Positions 10,853-24,550 of a DNA stretch of 64,000 bases are shown piece after piece. The stretch lies in contig MU060674.1 of assembly GCA_013265495.1 (NCBI GenBank), positions 978,901-1,042,900 on the forward strand. Reading direction: 5' to 3'. A program made the translations under genes and the position numbers. The stretch comes from Vicugna vicugna. Taxonomy: Eukaryota. Under the pieces are notes generated by a model. That model was given only the letters and a program-made list of their open reading frames with translations, ran no database searches and was not told where the DNA came from. Position 1 is the stretch's first letter, and the number at the start of each line of letters is the position of its first letter.

Positions 10853-12884
10853 ATTCTTTTTTTTTTTTTTTTTTGAGATAAAAGGGTAGATGTAGAGAAG
10901 ACAATGTTTTACATTTATACCCATCTATGTATACAAGATAAAACAAAAGAGAACTTAGGTGTTGTCTAGAACTGTCTGCAAAACTAGCTCTAGGACATGT
11001 GGTCACCTCCAGGACTCAGAGTGGTCACATGGCTAAGCAAGGACGACATCCTTCCCATCCAGGGATGTGAAAGACATGGTCGGTATCACAAGAGTGGGAC
11101 CGCGTGTGCAGAAGTGCATACTAATGCTTTCATTCTGTGGTCTCCATGATACTCATTCATTGCCATTTATCCCTGCACACACTTATTTAAACTCATGTAC
11201 TAATTATCTTATTTGGATGTGATGAAGGTGTGCTACCCACTGGGATAGTGGGATCAGGGGAGCATGATTCAACTTCTCATAGATGTAGCTCCAGCTCTGG
11301 GACAGGGAGGGCTACTGAATTGAAAGTAAACAGTCTACAATTTCACTCCTTTCAGTATATTAGATTTTTGAACTTCATTTTCCTTCCCCTTTGTGTGCAA
11401 ATTCCTCCCAAATGACCCCAATTGCAAGTCTTGGAAGGCTGCTCACATATAACCAAAGGCTTCCCCCAAGTTCAGCTTTGACCCGGAGTTCAAGGGAATC
11501 TTAGATCATGCTACATTTGGCTGAGGGAATAATTTCCTAAAAGCCAGAAACACTGAAATGCAAGACAATTTAAAGACTGAAAGAGATGACGGGCTTCGCT
11601 CCATGACAAAGTGAGAGAAGAGGGTTACAGATGAATGGCGGAGGTGACTCGGATGAGTTGTCATCACGACAAACAGGCCCTTGGGAACCAGAGTGGGAAG
11701 CAGCCCTGTGATTGGAAGAGATGTTATCGATGCTCAAAGAAGGAAAGTTGGAGGTTTCAAGGACTTACTTTGGGGGATGAATTAAAACGGAGTTGTAAGA
11801 AAATTCTACATCCCCTCTTAGAAACAACTCATGCTTACTTGCAGTAAGTAGCTGAAATGCAGTCTCCTAATTGCAGCCGTAGTGTTGAATAACTCACTGA
11901 CCTTGAAAGAATTAAGTGATCTTCATAGACTTTAAATGAGTTATTGCTTGATGTACTAGGAAAATCAGAGACCGAGAAGGTAAACGTCATCTGTTCAGTC
12001 CATGACTGGACATTAAATGTCACCTTACTTAAATTCTCCACACTTTAGTTGTATCTTTGCAAAGGAAAGGCGGTGTCTTCCCATCTATGTGATGAGCAGT
12101 GACAATGCTGATAAACCCAGGAAGGACTGCAGTGCCCCAGGCTGCAGGTAAGGGCAGGTGGCATGATTATCACCCAATGACGACATAGAGCTGACACTGT
12201 TCTGGGCACTTATTGGTCTAGGTTCTGTTCGATATATTTCATGGGGGATATTTTGGGTTTATGACGTGGACAGAAGAAAAGTGTCTATTTATACAGAATA
12301 TAATGAGCACATGATGAAAAGCAATAAACCTACGTCAATCTGAGGAATTCTAAAGGTGACTTTTTCCTAACTGTGTCAGGAGAAAATCATTTAAATAAGA
12401 ATATCTATAACTGCATCTATATCTCTGCTCTGGACTATAAAGAATTGCCAGATCCCAGAGAAAGCTAGACTAGTGGGCACATCTAGTCTTCAGACAAACC
12501 TAGAACCTGCGCAAAACATTCAGGTTTCTATTCTCTTAAAATGGCTAAAGAACACGTAGGTTAATTGCCAGCCTTTAAACCTGTTCCACTTTTTCTTTTT
12601 CTTTTTTTTTTAATTTAAAAATCAAAAGCAATTTTTAATTGACACATTTAAATAATGAGTCTTTACAGACTCATTTAACAGTTTCTGCAGCAGGGTTTTG
12701 AGTTGATAATGGCTCAGTTAAGCAGTGGGGATAAAGAAGTTGTAGTTTGAAAAATTCTTCTAAAAAAGATGCTGATGTATACCTGATAAATTGCGTTATG
12801 TCCCACTGCAAACATCATTATTATAAAGAAAAATTAATACATAATTACCTCTACTCTACATTCAGGTTGCATTTGGCCAAATGG

Positions 12885-13005
12885 ACTGAGAATGATAATT
12901 CAGTTTAGGCTCCATCTCTTACTTGTTGAAGGGCAAATTGCTTAACTTTTCTGTACCTATCGAATTTTATCTATAATCTGGAGAAAGCAACACCTCACAG
13001 AGATG
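12885..13005 (+). mobile_element. MIR fragment
   Basis: GGGCAAATTGCTTAACTTTTCTGTACC resembles the MIR core. Confidence 0.55.
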
Positions 13006-13393
13006 CGTGCACGCGTCTTAAATAAAGCATTTTCTCTGTTTAATGTAAGTTTGCCCTGGGTGGTAAAGGGACTTTCCAAAGTCAGAGCTTGTTGGCTCTT
13101 CATTCAATAAACGGGCACCAATTTCCTGCCAGGCTTTGTGTGGGGGTGAGAGAGAGATGAGAGAAATGCAGTCTGCCTTCAGGGAACACCTGGGATTCTT
13201 GTCCATTGAGGTTAAATCGCTAGCGCACAGGACGCTATTTTCACCCATGCCCTCTGCGTTCTGCTTTGAGCAAACGCTGACTCTCTTTACAGATGGTTCA
13301 CATTGTAGCCAGTGATGTGTCCTTCTCTTTTTCAGTTTCTTGTCTGCAAGTCCAGGATGTCCTTTGGTGACTTAGCTCTGCTGGAATGACCTA

Positions 13394-13420
13394 TGGTGGT
13401 GGTGGTGGTGGTGGTGGTGG
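13394..13420. repeat. (GGT)n microsatellite
   Basis: Trinucleotide run visible directly. Confidence 0.95.
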
Positions 13421-13424
13421 GCAT

Positions 13425-13598
13425 AGCAGATGCTTTTGACATCACTTTACCTGTATTGTCTCCTCGTAACAACCTGTAAGATAGTTTTTAACATGAATCC
13501 CATTTTACTGATGACAAAAACAAAGCCCCGGTTCACATGGCTAGTTAATGCTAGAGCTGGGATTCAAACTTCAGTAGACTGACCTCAGGGCTCACACC
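13425..13598 (-). mobile_element. MIR
   Basis: CCCATTTTACTGATGACAAAAAC...GAGCTGGGATTCAAAC is antisense MIR-like. Confidence 0.7.
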
Positions 13599-13599
13599 C

Positions 13600-13782
13600 C
13601 AGGGTTCTCCAAAGGAGGATCCTCATACCAGCAGCTTAGAATCATCTGAAGCCTGACAGTGATGTAAAGTCATGAACCCCAATCCAACCTGCTGAATAAG
13701 CCACTTTGCTGGGCATTGGTGCCCAGAAAAGGGAAATCCAGCAAGCTTACCGTGGGGTCCCCAGTCATGTCAAAGCCCACTG
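13600..13782. mobile_element. MER5-like hAT MITE
   Basis: CAGGGTTCTCCAAAG...CCAGCAGCTTAGAATCATCTG...ACCTGCTGAAT resembles MER5A/B. Confidence 0.55.
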
Positions 13783-16086
13783 TAGCCCTGCCCGTCAGTG
13801 GCTGAGTCAGCTTGGAATCCAGGTTCCTGTGACCCTGCCCTTGACATGCCAGAGGCATGATCGTCATCCCTAAGCAGGACCACCGGGCCGGGAAGGCGAA
13901 GGTTTCTAATCTGACAGTGGATCTCACACTCAGAAAGGTCTGTAATGATTAACTGAGATAATACACTTAACCTGATTAACTTTATATCTTACAGATTGTG
14001 AAAAGAATACAATCACATGCTTACGATATTATTATAGATTGTCAATACACAGTGATTATTATTTGCAATTACATATGCAAAGAAGAGAGTGAAACAGTTT
14101 GAAAACCTCCTCCCGTTTACTATTTTGAAGCTCTGTTTCAGGCTCTCCTCTTCATAGTTTGTCCCCTTTCGGTAATAACTTTCCTAAAAGACTCATCGAT
14201 AGTCGCTCTCATGTGACATTTAAACGTACACTGCCTTAGATTTGTTTTTGTGTCTGCCACTTCTTGTACATGATTGTAACTCTCTTGAGATCTCTTCACA
14301 AATTAGAATAGTCTTTTTCAATTGCTTGCAGGAGTGGCTATAAATAATAAATAAGAAAACACAGTGATTAAAATATGTCCGATAGTAGGCATTAAAGGGA
14401 TGTCTTTCTTTCTTTCTTTTTCCAATACTTCTTTATCTGTTTCCATAGTGATGGGATGAATGAATGAGACAGAGGGAAACCGACCATGGGCCCCTGAGTG
14501 ATAGTGAAGCAGAAAGGTCTCCGGGCAGCTGAACTCTTTCTTCCTCATAAATGAGCAGAGCCTATTAAATATGACAAAGTCATTTTCAAATCCATTTATA
14601 AAACCCCTCAGAGGGTGAAGTTGCAGCACATCTATTTTCATTTCCAACATGAGGCGTGTTTTCCCAACAATGCTCTAATAACTCAGCATGCGATGTTAGC
14701 CATTCTCATCCTCAGCGCAGTAGAAAACATTACCATCTAGTCCCAAAGGGTCACAAAGCCCTTTGCTGAGTAGAGGAGGCTCAGAGAATGCCTCTGACAA
14801 GAGTTTATGTCTCTTGTTATTATTTAACTGAGAATTATTAGAATGCTTCGTGCTGATTACTTCATATTATTTTCGGACTTAACCACTCTATCAGTAGCTC
14901 GGGGTAGAATAAAGGTGATTGTACTGAAGAAATGCATTATATCACACAGATGCCTGATACAAAAGCCACTACATATGTAGTCATTTGGGGTAGAATTGCT
15001 AGATGTCAAAAGTGGAAGAACTTACAGGAATGAGTCAGCCTTCTTCTATCACATTTCAGATGAGGCAACCAAGTTGAAGAACCGATGGGTTAGTCCGATA
15101 CCACATAGGTAGCCAAGGCTGAGAATTTATTGACTGTTTTATCAGGCACCTACTGTGTGCAGCAAAGGTAGGATACAGAGAGGAATTAGATACCTTCCCA
15201 TAAGAGGAGATCAGAATAGAGCTGTGATTTGGAGAACAAATTTCTGAGTTAAAAGGGTACCATTGGTAATTAAAGTAATAAACCGTTATGTTGCCATTGT
15301 TGCTGTTGAAAAGCCTACTTATGAACTGGACCACATGCAAAATGAAAACCATAAAGATATAAATAGAATTTTGACAAAATGAAGACCCTGTCATTTAAAG
15401 AAACCTATTGTGTTCCTAAAAATATATAGGGCATCTAAGAACGTAAAGCCAGTCTTTAGGAAGCCATAGCAACAAGATTGCAGGTTGCCTCGGACCCTGT
15501 GAGGGCAGAGCTCAATGACAAGTCACGGACGAGTGGATGAGATGTGTGATGGTGGAGGTGATCGATGGTGTGGCTTCCCCGCTCGCTGCTTCCCGCACAA
15601 AGCTGGACAAACTGCCCCATTTCCAGATTGGCCTAGAGTTTGTAAGTCTGGCTCCCCTCCTGTTCCATCAGAGCCAGCAATGGGTGTGCGGGCATCATTT
15701 GATTTGCTCTCACACACAGAAGAGGGTGAGTGTGAAATGAGAAGAGAATAAAGGACGATGCCTGAAAGCATTCAACATTTAACAGGGGGAAGGGAGGGAG
15801 CTGCAAATAAATCTAAGTTTTCTGGCTAGCGGTCTCCCTCTGTCACTACTGCCCCCTGTTAGTTGAAGAATTCAAGCATTATAATCTGTATTTATGTACT
15901 AGTTTGCATTTTTTTTGGTATATACTGGATTTATTTATGTAAGTTAGCAAGAATCATATTTAAGGCACCCATCACTTGTAGCGCAATTCTTCAAATTCTC
16001 AATTATTGCTTGTTAGCTGATTAATGTAAACTTTTTCTCTGTAACACGAATGGTTAAAAAAAGTTTTCTTAAAAAGGTCAAGTTGG

Positions 16087-16345
16087 CACAGACATAGGAA
16101 ACAAACTTATGGTCAACAGGGAAAATGGGGTAGGGAGGGATAAACTGTAGATACACATTACTGTATATAAAGGAGATAAACAACAAGGCCCTCCTGTACA
16201 GCATGGGGAACTATACTCAACACCTTAAATGGCCTATAATGGAAAAGAATATGAAAAGGAATACATATATGTATGGGTGAAAATGAATCACTACACCAGA
16301 AATTAACGCAACATTGTAAACCGACTATACCTCAATTAAAAAAAA
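16087..16345 (+). mobile_element. L1 3'UTR fragment, 5'-truncated
   Basis: ACAGACATAGGAAACAAACTTATGG...CTGTACAGCATGGGGAACTATACTCAA...ACATTGTAAACCGACTATACCTCAATT plus A-run. Confidence 0.85.
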
Positions 16346-16939
16346 TTCAAATTAGCTACAAAGCTAGAATTTTATTTACTTGGTGGAATTATAACTCCCT
16401 GGAGTGTCATAATGATTTTCAGAAAAGTTACTTTACTTAAGCCTACTCTAATTGACATATTTTCAACAAAATGCCCATAATCTTCACAATTTACCCAATT
16501 ATAAACCCCTGAAGATGGCTAGAGGCAGTGCTCAGTCATCCCAATTAACGAGTGAAGTTTGTTGCCGATATTTTTAGTTTCTCGAGGAAAATTCATCTGC
16601 ATTGTTCAGCACAGAAATCTAGAGATCCAAATGCAATTTCAGATTTCATTCAGTGGTGGAGGCTGTCTTTCATGGCTGAGGATTGCTGTGAAAAGTCACT
16701 AGTTTCTAACACGAACTAAAAAAATCAGCTTATAACTCTGATCTCGGGTGACTTGAGGTGGGCCAGATGAATATTAGGCAGACAAGAGAAAAGTGGACTC
16801 CTTTGAAGTCAATTTTTCTTCATTTTATTAGTTGGACAGTTTATCTCCAGAAGGAGATAAAGATACACAATTTTCACATTAGGGAATTTGACTTTAGAAT
16901 AATGTAGGCTTTAATACAGTTGGGAACTAGCAGAGTTAA

Positions 16940-17110
16940 AAGTCAGTATTTACTATTTAAACTCTCTTTGTGTTGATTTACTTACTTGTACAATGGGAAT
17001 GAATTGTAATATCTAACAGTAGGGGCATCTGCAAAGATTAGAGATTGCGAGTGCTGAGTATTTATTATAGAGCTCGGAACATGGTAAGAATATGGTAAAT
17101 GATCATATTT
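16940..17110 (+). mobile_element. MIR fragment
   Basis: TGTACAATGGGAATG...GAGCTCGGAACATGGTAAG resembles the MIR 3' half. Confidence 0.45.
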
Positions 17111-17524
17111 CTGTGTCACCATTTTATTTTCTCTATTTTCACTTTCTTTATTAGGCTAATTTATCAATTAAACATAGCTATGGCCAGCAATGGTTAGAGC
17201 AATACGAGATCAGTGGAGTTTGGGGGACTTATTATTGGAACTACAAAAATAAACTCTTCAGTGTGAGCAGTGATGGATTTGAGCTCGCCAGCATGCTTTC
17301 TCTTTTTTTAGACTTTGCAAAAATACAGTGGTCAGATACTTTATCCCACAGCAGATAACAGTTCAGCTTTTGGGCCAGACAGACATGGGTTTGGCTCTGC
17401 TTTACCATCTATTGTGTGGTAGAGTGTGTTTCCAGAACCATCCTTATAAAATAAGACCAGGGAAATCTGAAGAGATAGGTGTATCGCAAACATATCTAGA
17501 TACTGGCTGTGTACTGTTACTCTG

Positions 17525-17630
17525 AAGATGATACCACTGGAGGAAGTTGTGTAAGGAGCATGTGGAATCTCTGTATTATTTTTAATAACCACAGAGACTC
17601 TGCCATGATCTCAAACACTTCAATTAAAAA
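17525..17630 (+). mobile_element. Old L1 (L1MC-like) 3' terminus
   Basis: ACCACTGGAGGAAGTTGTGTAAGGAGCATGTGGAATCTCTGTATTATTTTT resembles L1MC 3' ends. Confidence 0.6.
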
Positions 17631-17644
17631 TGTCCAAAATATCT

Positions 17645-18120
17645 CTGGTCCCAAGTGTTTTTTCCAGAACCTTAGCATTCCCCACCAAAAGGCAGGGTCT
17701 GTTTTCTCTCCCCTTGAACCAGAGTAGGACATGGTAACCACTTTGCTCAACAGAACTTGGCAGAAGAGACACTGCGTGAGGTCCGAGGCTGGGTCATGAA
17801 GGATGACACAGATGATACCTTCATCCCCCTTCATGTTCATGCCCTGGAAACTGGTCACTGTGGTGTGAGAAAGCTCCAACAGCCCAGGTAGAGATGAACT
17901 GACCTCCGCTAACACCGTCTACCACCAGATGTATGCGTCGGGGGGCTTCCGATGACTTCAGCTGGGACTCTGTACACTGTGGGCCACAGAAGGGCCACCC
18001 CACTACACCCTGTGCAAATTCCTGATCCACAGAATGTGTGTGTCCGTGAGCATTATAGGTGACTGTTTGATGTTGTACCATTTTGGGGTAACATGTTCTG
18101 TAGCCATAGTAACTCTAATG
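17645..18120 (+). mobile_element. MaLR solo LTR (MLT1G/H-like)
   Basis: TCTCCCCTTGAACC, GAGGCTGGGTCATGAAG, AAATTCCTGATCCACAGAA and TTTTGGGGTAACATGTTCTGTAGCCATAGTAAC are MLT1 hallmarks. Confidence 0.75.
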
Positions 18121-18314
18121 ACTAGACTATGAAGATTTACTAGGTAAACTCATTTAACAGCTTCATGCCACACTACTATCATATTAAAAAGAATCACAGA
18201 AACAAAGTTAAATGCATACTATTATGAGGATGAATAAAATAATATACATAAAGTTTTGTGGTTGACACTTTGAAATCCTGAAGAAAGGAAGAAAGGGAGT
18301 GCTCTATTTATATG

Positions 18315-18495
18315 ATAATAATGGGTATAAAATACCCAACCTTTATTGACACCTGTGCGAGGCAGAGCTCTAAGTGCTTTTTAGATATTGACCTGTTTAA
18401 TTTGCACAACAGCACTATGAGATAGGTCTTCATATTAGTATGTTTATTTAATATAATTGCACCTGATGTCTAGAGAGTTTAGGTCCTGTAGCTAG
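18315..18495 (-). mobile_element. MIR
   Basis: CTCTAAGTGCTTT...TTTAATTTGCACAACAGCACTATGAGATAGG is antisense MIR-like. Confidence 0.65.
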
Positions 18496-19185
18496 AAATC
18501 TCTGTCCCTCTCTTTACAGGGGATATTTTATCATTTCCTGAGTCCCTCTGGGTAGGTTCCATCCATCCACCCTCAAGAACACCAAATGGAACAGTTCTTG
18601 ATGAGTTTTATTTTTATAGACTAACCAGTCCAGGTCTTGTGGGACATTTTAGTCCTGAATTTATTTTTGCAAGATTTTGATTCAGCAAACTATAACATTT
18701 TAGCTCTACAGAGATCACTTGTTGTGTATTGATGAGTATCTCAAACAGCCAAGGGATGAGTGAACTATGCACCTTCAATTAAACTAAGCAGAAATCTTTG
18801 AGGGCCTACCAGATGCCAAGTGCTGTGCCAGTCAGGCCCTGGGGAAGAAGCAGAGCATTGTGGGCAAGAAATGTCTCTCCAGCCCAACTCTCTTGGGCTA
18901 AAGCAAACTCTACCTCTTTCCTGCTGTGTGATCCATGTTTCTTCACCCGTGATAAATATTTGGTTCTTCACTGGAGGTAACATATGTGCAATTTTAGTGT
19001 GGTGTTTATTTTAGATGTGCATGAGCAAAGTCATCTATTATTATATTACCATAAACTTAACTGAGACCTACTGACGTTCCTCAATTAGCTCACTGTCAAG
19101 TGGGGAAAAGTCAAGCCTTATCTAGTATCATAAATATGGAGATGCACTGTCCCATCTCAATTCAAGGAAGGGCTGGTTGCCTGGG

Positions 19186-19810
19186 ATACTGAGTGTATAT
19201 CCAGAGGGAACCTTGATTCAAAAAGATACATGCACCCCAATGTTCATAGCAGCATACAATAGCCAAGACATGGAAACAACCCAAATGTCCATCAACAGAT
19301 GACTAGATAAAGAAGTTGTGGTATATTTATAGAATGGAATACTACTCAGCCTTAAAAAAGAATAAAATAATGCCATTTGCAGCAACATGAATTAGATCTG
19401 GAGAATGTCATTCTAAGTGAAGTAAGCCAGACAGAGAAAGAAAAATACCATAGTATATCACTTATATGCAGAATCTAAAAAAAAAAGACACAAATGAACT
19501 TACAAAACAGAAACAGACTCACAGACACAGAAAACAAACTAACAGTTACCAGTGCGGGGAGGGATGGGATGGGAAGGGATAAACTGGGAGTTTGGGATTT
19601 GCAGATACAAACTACTATGTATAAAACAGATAAACCGCAAGGATCTACTGTAGAGCACAGGGAACTATATTCAATATCCTGTAGTAACCTATAAGGAAAA
19701 ATAATATGAAAAAGAGTATTTATACATATGTATAACTGAAACATTTATGCTGTACATCAGAAACAATGCAACATTGTAAACCAACTATTCTTCAATAAAA
19801 GAAAAAAAAA
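19186..19810 (+). mobile_element. Young L1 3' end (ORF2 C-terminus, 3'UTR, A tail)
   Basis: AAAAGATACATGCACCCCAATGTTCATAGCAGCA, GGAAACAACCCAAATGTCCATCAACAGATG, ATGCCATTTGCAGCAACATG, ending CTTCAATAAAA plus A-run. Confidence 0.9.
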
Positions 19811-19945
19811 GATTACATGTTTCGAAGCCCAGTTTCTGTCTTGCTCTTCTCACATCTCCTCAGGATCTCAGTATTTGATCCCAGTCATAGTTGGGGTTAC
19901 TAGGATTCCCCCAGGACTACATCATGCAGGAAAAAGTTCAAATAA

Positions 19946-20288
19946 CAGGTAGCAAATTTTCAACCTGCAGATCAGATCTGGTCAAAGGTTATCTCAAATG
20001 CGCTTTCTAACAATGGAAAGAAACCTTCAACAAATCAACTATTTCATATAAAAATTCAGATTCCTGGCTTCTTTTTTGAAATACTGAAAAAGGTAGTGAT
20101 ACCAGGCCAGTCTGTCCTGTCTTGCTTTGTTTGAAGCTGAGTAGGGGCTTTCTGATCTGAGGGGCTCTTTCTCTCCAGTACACGTATCTGGTCAGCCAAA
20201 CAGGACACTTGCCTACACGTATGTGAGCCCAACCTCTCTCCTCCCCTGACTATTTCTACCCTGGAGAGTGTGAGCTTATGACCACTTG
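19946..20288. mobile_element. hAT-Charlie MITE (MER102-like)
   Basis: AAAAATTCAGATTCCTGGCTTC...GCTGAGTAGGGGC...TGTGAGCTTATGACCACTTG resembles the recalled MER102 consensus. Confidence 0.5.
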
Positions 20289-20344
20289 TTCAAATGCATT
20301 ATCTGATGTTCAAATGTTGCTGCTGTCACAGTCGGGCTAAAACT

Positions 20345-20960
20345 TGTTCTTTATTAAAATATTTTAAATGATAAAATATGCATGCATGCATGCTAAAGAA
20401 CACACACACACAGGATATGTATGCATATTGTCAAGAACAAAACAGTGATAAGGAAACACTCTCAAGTGCTCACCACCTTCCAGAACAAGAATTTTACCCA
20501 AACTTCTGCTGTCTCTTGAGTGTCTCTAACTTTCAAATCTCCCTGCTTGCTCCCTCACCCCATCTTAAACTCTGTGTTAATTATTCCCCCTAATAGTACT
20601 TAGATGTACTTATTTTGAATAGAATCACATTTGTGTATGCTATTCTGTTACTTGATTTTTTTTTCTTTTGCTCAACCTTGTGCTCCTGTGATTTATCCAC
20701 ACTAGCATGGGTAGCTAAGTCAATTTTTTTTTCACTGCTGTATAGTCTTATACACAAACCATGAATTATTTATGTACTTCAATGTTGATGGCACTTTGGA
20801 AAACTTCTAATCTTTATAAAATTATGAGCAATACTGTTATGAACGTGTCTAAACGTGTCTCCCTGTGTATGAATGCCAGCTCTCCAAAGCTATGAAACAC
20901 TGGTCGTAAAGTACATACATACTCATTTACAAGGTAATATCAGACTGCTTGTCAAATTAA
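20345..20960 (-). mobile_element. Ancient L1 (L1ME-like) 3' region
   Basis: TTCACTGCTGTATAGT, TGTTGATGGCACTTTGG and ATACTGTTATGAAC are antisense L1 3' motifs. Confidence 0.65.
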
Positions 20961-21468
20961 GTTTGACCTTAATCTATGGAAATCCTTTGTGCCTGGATTT
21001 GTGGAAGGTTTCTGCAAAAAAAGCTAATAAGTCTGTAGGTAACTAGGTCCATCCTCTGGCCAATTCAGTCTGATGCACCTAAGTTTGGGAGTCTCAGATT
21101 CATTTTCCTCTACTGATTATTTTTCCAAGAATAAATATTTGCACAATTGTGTGTCTCAAGAATCTAGTCCCAGGGTAAAATAATTCCTTGTTCTTTCTGA
21201 TTCAGATTGGCTCCTTATAACATACTCCTAGCTCCTGTGACTTCGGGTCCTGCCATTCCCATTTGGGTCCTGGGTATCCCTGGTCCGGCTCTCAGACAGC
21301 TGAGATCCAGTGTCAACCAGCACAGATCCTAAATGCCATATGTCTGCAGGAACAGCCTTTATTTGTTTGTTGCTTGTTTGTTTGTTCTGGATGGTTCCTG
21401 GAGAACTATCCTAACATATGTGAACCCAACTATTTCTCCACAGTGTGCTGTTCGGGTGTGTTTGCTAT

Positions 21469-22059
21469 TGTCATCAGAGGGTAGGTTCCCATCTCATCAC
21501 ATAAGGAATTCAGAAATGGGCCACGGAGATCAAGAAAGTAAAGTGAGGGTTTATTAAGTGATAGGATGCTCTTAAAGGGAGAGAGGGAAAGGTCAGGGCA
21601 GCAGCTGCTCTGAGTTTCTTTGGCAAGTTGGTTACACAGGGTGTAAAATTGAATGGGAAGAATATTCATTGGGGAGGGAAGGGGTTAGGGTCGCATTCCC
21701 TTATTTCCATCCTAGATCCACCTTCCCAAGGAGAGGAAGGATTTTCTCTGTATTTAGTCTGTATAGGAAGTATCATGGGGTTGGTGCATGATGGGTACTT
21801 CTAATCTGCAAGGCTAATTCTATTGTAATGAGGGCGTAATGAGCAAAATGTTACATTTGGATGCCAGAGATGTCTGTCTTTTCCCACCTTTCTTTGCCTG
21901 CTTCCAGGCCACTTGTCACCCTAAAATGGGTGATTTCTTAGCAGTCTGGTAGCTTCTGCTTTTCCCAAGTACCCCTGTTGTTCACAGGATGTGTGGTTTC
22001 CTGCCATATGGCTTGTGTCCCCTTCTGTGCTCATATCTAGCTACCTGCCTGCTTTGACA
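21469..22059 (-). mobile_element. ERV1-type solo LTR
   Basis: TGTCA...TGACA inverted termini, near-TSD CTAT/CTGT, and minus-strand AATAAA (TTTATT at ~21550). Confidence 0.75.
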
Positions 22060-22109
22060 CTGTGAAGCAAGAAATCTTCCTCAGAGTCTCTGGTCACTCC
22101 TAATTGGAC

Positions 22110-22440
22110 GCTTTTTCTTTGGAACTTTTATATCTATGTCCATGAGTAAACTTGCATTATATATATTTTTTCTTTCTCACACTGTCTTTTTCTGGTTTGG
22201 GTATCAAGGTTACGTATACTAGCCTATGGGATCTGCTGGCTAGTATTTTTTAAAAGAATATGTAAAACTGGAATTACCTTTTTCTTGAATATTTACTGAA
22301 GCTTTTCTATGACTAACTATATATCTCTGATGGTATACCTTTATAGTTCATATGATCTTTTAGTTATCTATTTTTTTTTAAATTACATTTGTGTTTTTCC
22401 CCCTTAGGAAATTGTCTTTTCCACTGAAGATGTCTAGTGA
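22110..22440 (-). mobile_element. Ancient L1 ORF2 fragment
   Basis: TCTGGTTTGGGTATCAAGGTTA...CTAGCCT and AAACTGGAATTACCTTTTTCTTGAATATTT are antisense ORF2 motifs. Confidence 0.55.
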
Positions 22441-23099
22441 ATTAGTATAAACATCCATACTTTGAATAAATATTCGGTGAGCGCCCGCTGTGGGTCAGAC
22501 ACTATTCCGGCTGCTTGGGCTGAATCGGGGCGCACAACCACCTAAGAGCCACGGCGCAAATGTCCCAGTGCTCATGAGGACATTAGCTACTCCCTCAGTG
22601 TACCTCCAGGGAACAGGGGGACACATGTCAGCATGCAGCTCCCGGTCCAAATGTTGCCTGTGGTTGTATGATTTACAGGCCTTTCATCCACAGCAAGGTC
22701 TTACCACTCTTTTGGTCTCATGGAATTTGTGGCCCTTAATTTCGGCCCAGCCACATCACTGTAATGTATGCTCCTCATTCAGCTCATGTGTTTGTACCGA
22801 GTGTTGGCATTTCCTGGGTCTCTAGTAGTTTTACTGAAAGAGAACATCGTCTGATCACAGGATTATTTTTACTCTTTTGTTGCCCACTTTGATAACATCT
22901 GCCTCAATCCTAGGATTTTTGCAGAATATCAGTTATTTCAATGAATTTATATCTATTATAATTACTGACCTTCATAATGTGGCTTTCTTAAAATGTGAAT
23001 TTCACGCCTATGAAGCTTCCTTTTAGAATTACTTTTTTGCAGTTCATTGGCTATGTTAATCTGCATTCTTTCAGAAAAAAAAATCATATTTAGAACATT

Positions 23100-23275
23100 A
23101 TATATAACTAGGTTTAAATCTCAGCCTTTCCACTCACAATAATGGCCTAGTTTTTGTGTATTTCTGTTTGTAAAATATGGAACACATTTATGTCATGAGA
23201 TGGCTATATAAGCAATCATGAGATTGCAGTAAACACATTATTTCATGAAGGTCTAAATACGTATTTGCTATTATT
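23100..23275 (+). mobile_element. MIR
   Basis: GGTTTAAATCTCAGCCTTTCCACTCAC...TTTCTGTTTGTAAAATATGG resembles MIR. Confidence 0.5.
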
Positions 23276-24344
23276 CAATCAATTCTCAGAGCTTTGCTTT
23301 CGCTGCTTGGAGCCTTTCAGATTTCACATCCTTACTTGGTTATTTGAGACCCTGACATCCTACAGGGGCCACCAGAAAAAAAAGAAGTCAGCCAGTGACA
23401 TACTGAGACAAGAATTCCAAAGGATGGCATAGAATAAAGGAGGCTCAGAGACAGAATACATTTATTTCATTTGGAAAACACAATTATAACTTGTGCTTTA
23501 AATATATTAAAATATTGTGCTCCTGACTTTTTAAGACCAACTTCCCAACAAATTTGGTTATCCAACAGCTCTAAAAAATGTTTGTGAAAAAAGGAAAATA
23601 AATTGTGGAGATTTAACATCTCCACACTGGCTTGCTTTATAAAAGTAAAAAGGCACTGGGAAAAATTTTTAATTTCCTTTCAACAGCAAGGCCTTGAGAG
23701 AAAAACAAATCCATTTGCTTCTACCCAAATGAAGTAACCTTGAATTTCCGTGAATCCAAATTCTTCGTATTGTCTCTAAACTAACGATAAATTGACCTAA
23801 GGAGAAGACCCAGGAGATGTTCTGACAGTATCTCCAGTAAACCCTGTTCTAGAAACACATGATGGACAGATTGATAAATAACAGGTCGTCTCCTTCCTGT
23901 AATAGCTCCTGCATTTCCTCCATCTGTCTTCAACAGTAGTTCGACTTCGACAAGTGCAAATTTCTTTCAGCTGCGGCTCACTGCAGGCGATTCTGTTCCT
24001 TCTCTAGGTACTTAGACAGTGAAGCAAAGGAATTCAGAAACATGCATCTAATTATTCAAATCCTTAAAAAAAAAAAAAGTGGGTCAGACAACATCTTACC
24101 CAAAAGTCAACGGAAATTATTTAATTTGGGGCTGATTCTTTCATTCATGAATAAGGGCCTGTTGAGGAAGCACATTTGAACGAACCCTTCTGTCAATGCC
24201 AGTGTGAACCCCGCTAGTGCAGCTCATCCTTGCGGCATACTTCTGCCAGTTTCTGGGTGACTCTCTGACCATGGGGTCCAGGAAAAGTAACCGGTGGTCC
24301 TAGCATTAAACAGCAGTGGTAAAACTCTGATGTAGATTAAGGAC

Positions 24345-24550
24345 CCACTATGCACTCACAGTTCTAACTGGCATTTCATAAACAATTGAATTTTCCTCAC
24401 AATCCATACGAGGTATGGGTGCTATTTTATAACTGAAGAAAACTCAAGTTTGCAGAAGTGAATTGATCTGTGACATCAAGCAGCCAGTAAAGGGCAGCGC
24501 TAAGAGTTACCCTCTGCCGGGTGTGACTCCAAAGCCTGGACGGTTTATGC
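24345..24550 (-). mobile_element. MIR
   Basis: TCCTCACAATCCATACGAGGTATGG...ACTGAAGAAAACTCAAG...GTGACTCCAAAGCC is antisense MIR-like. Confidence 0.6.

Noticed and set aside
15515..15771. Three overlapping short ORFs with a GTAAGT donor-like site
   Set aside because: No recognisable protein similarity and no clear upstream acceptor; consistent with chance in a locally GC-richer patch.
23880..24010. Minus-strand peptide RRNRIACSEPQLKE, reminiscent of the FGF11-14 EPQLKG motif
   Set aside because: Similarity is limited to five residues and does not continue; there is no supporting exon structure.
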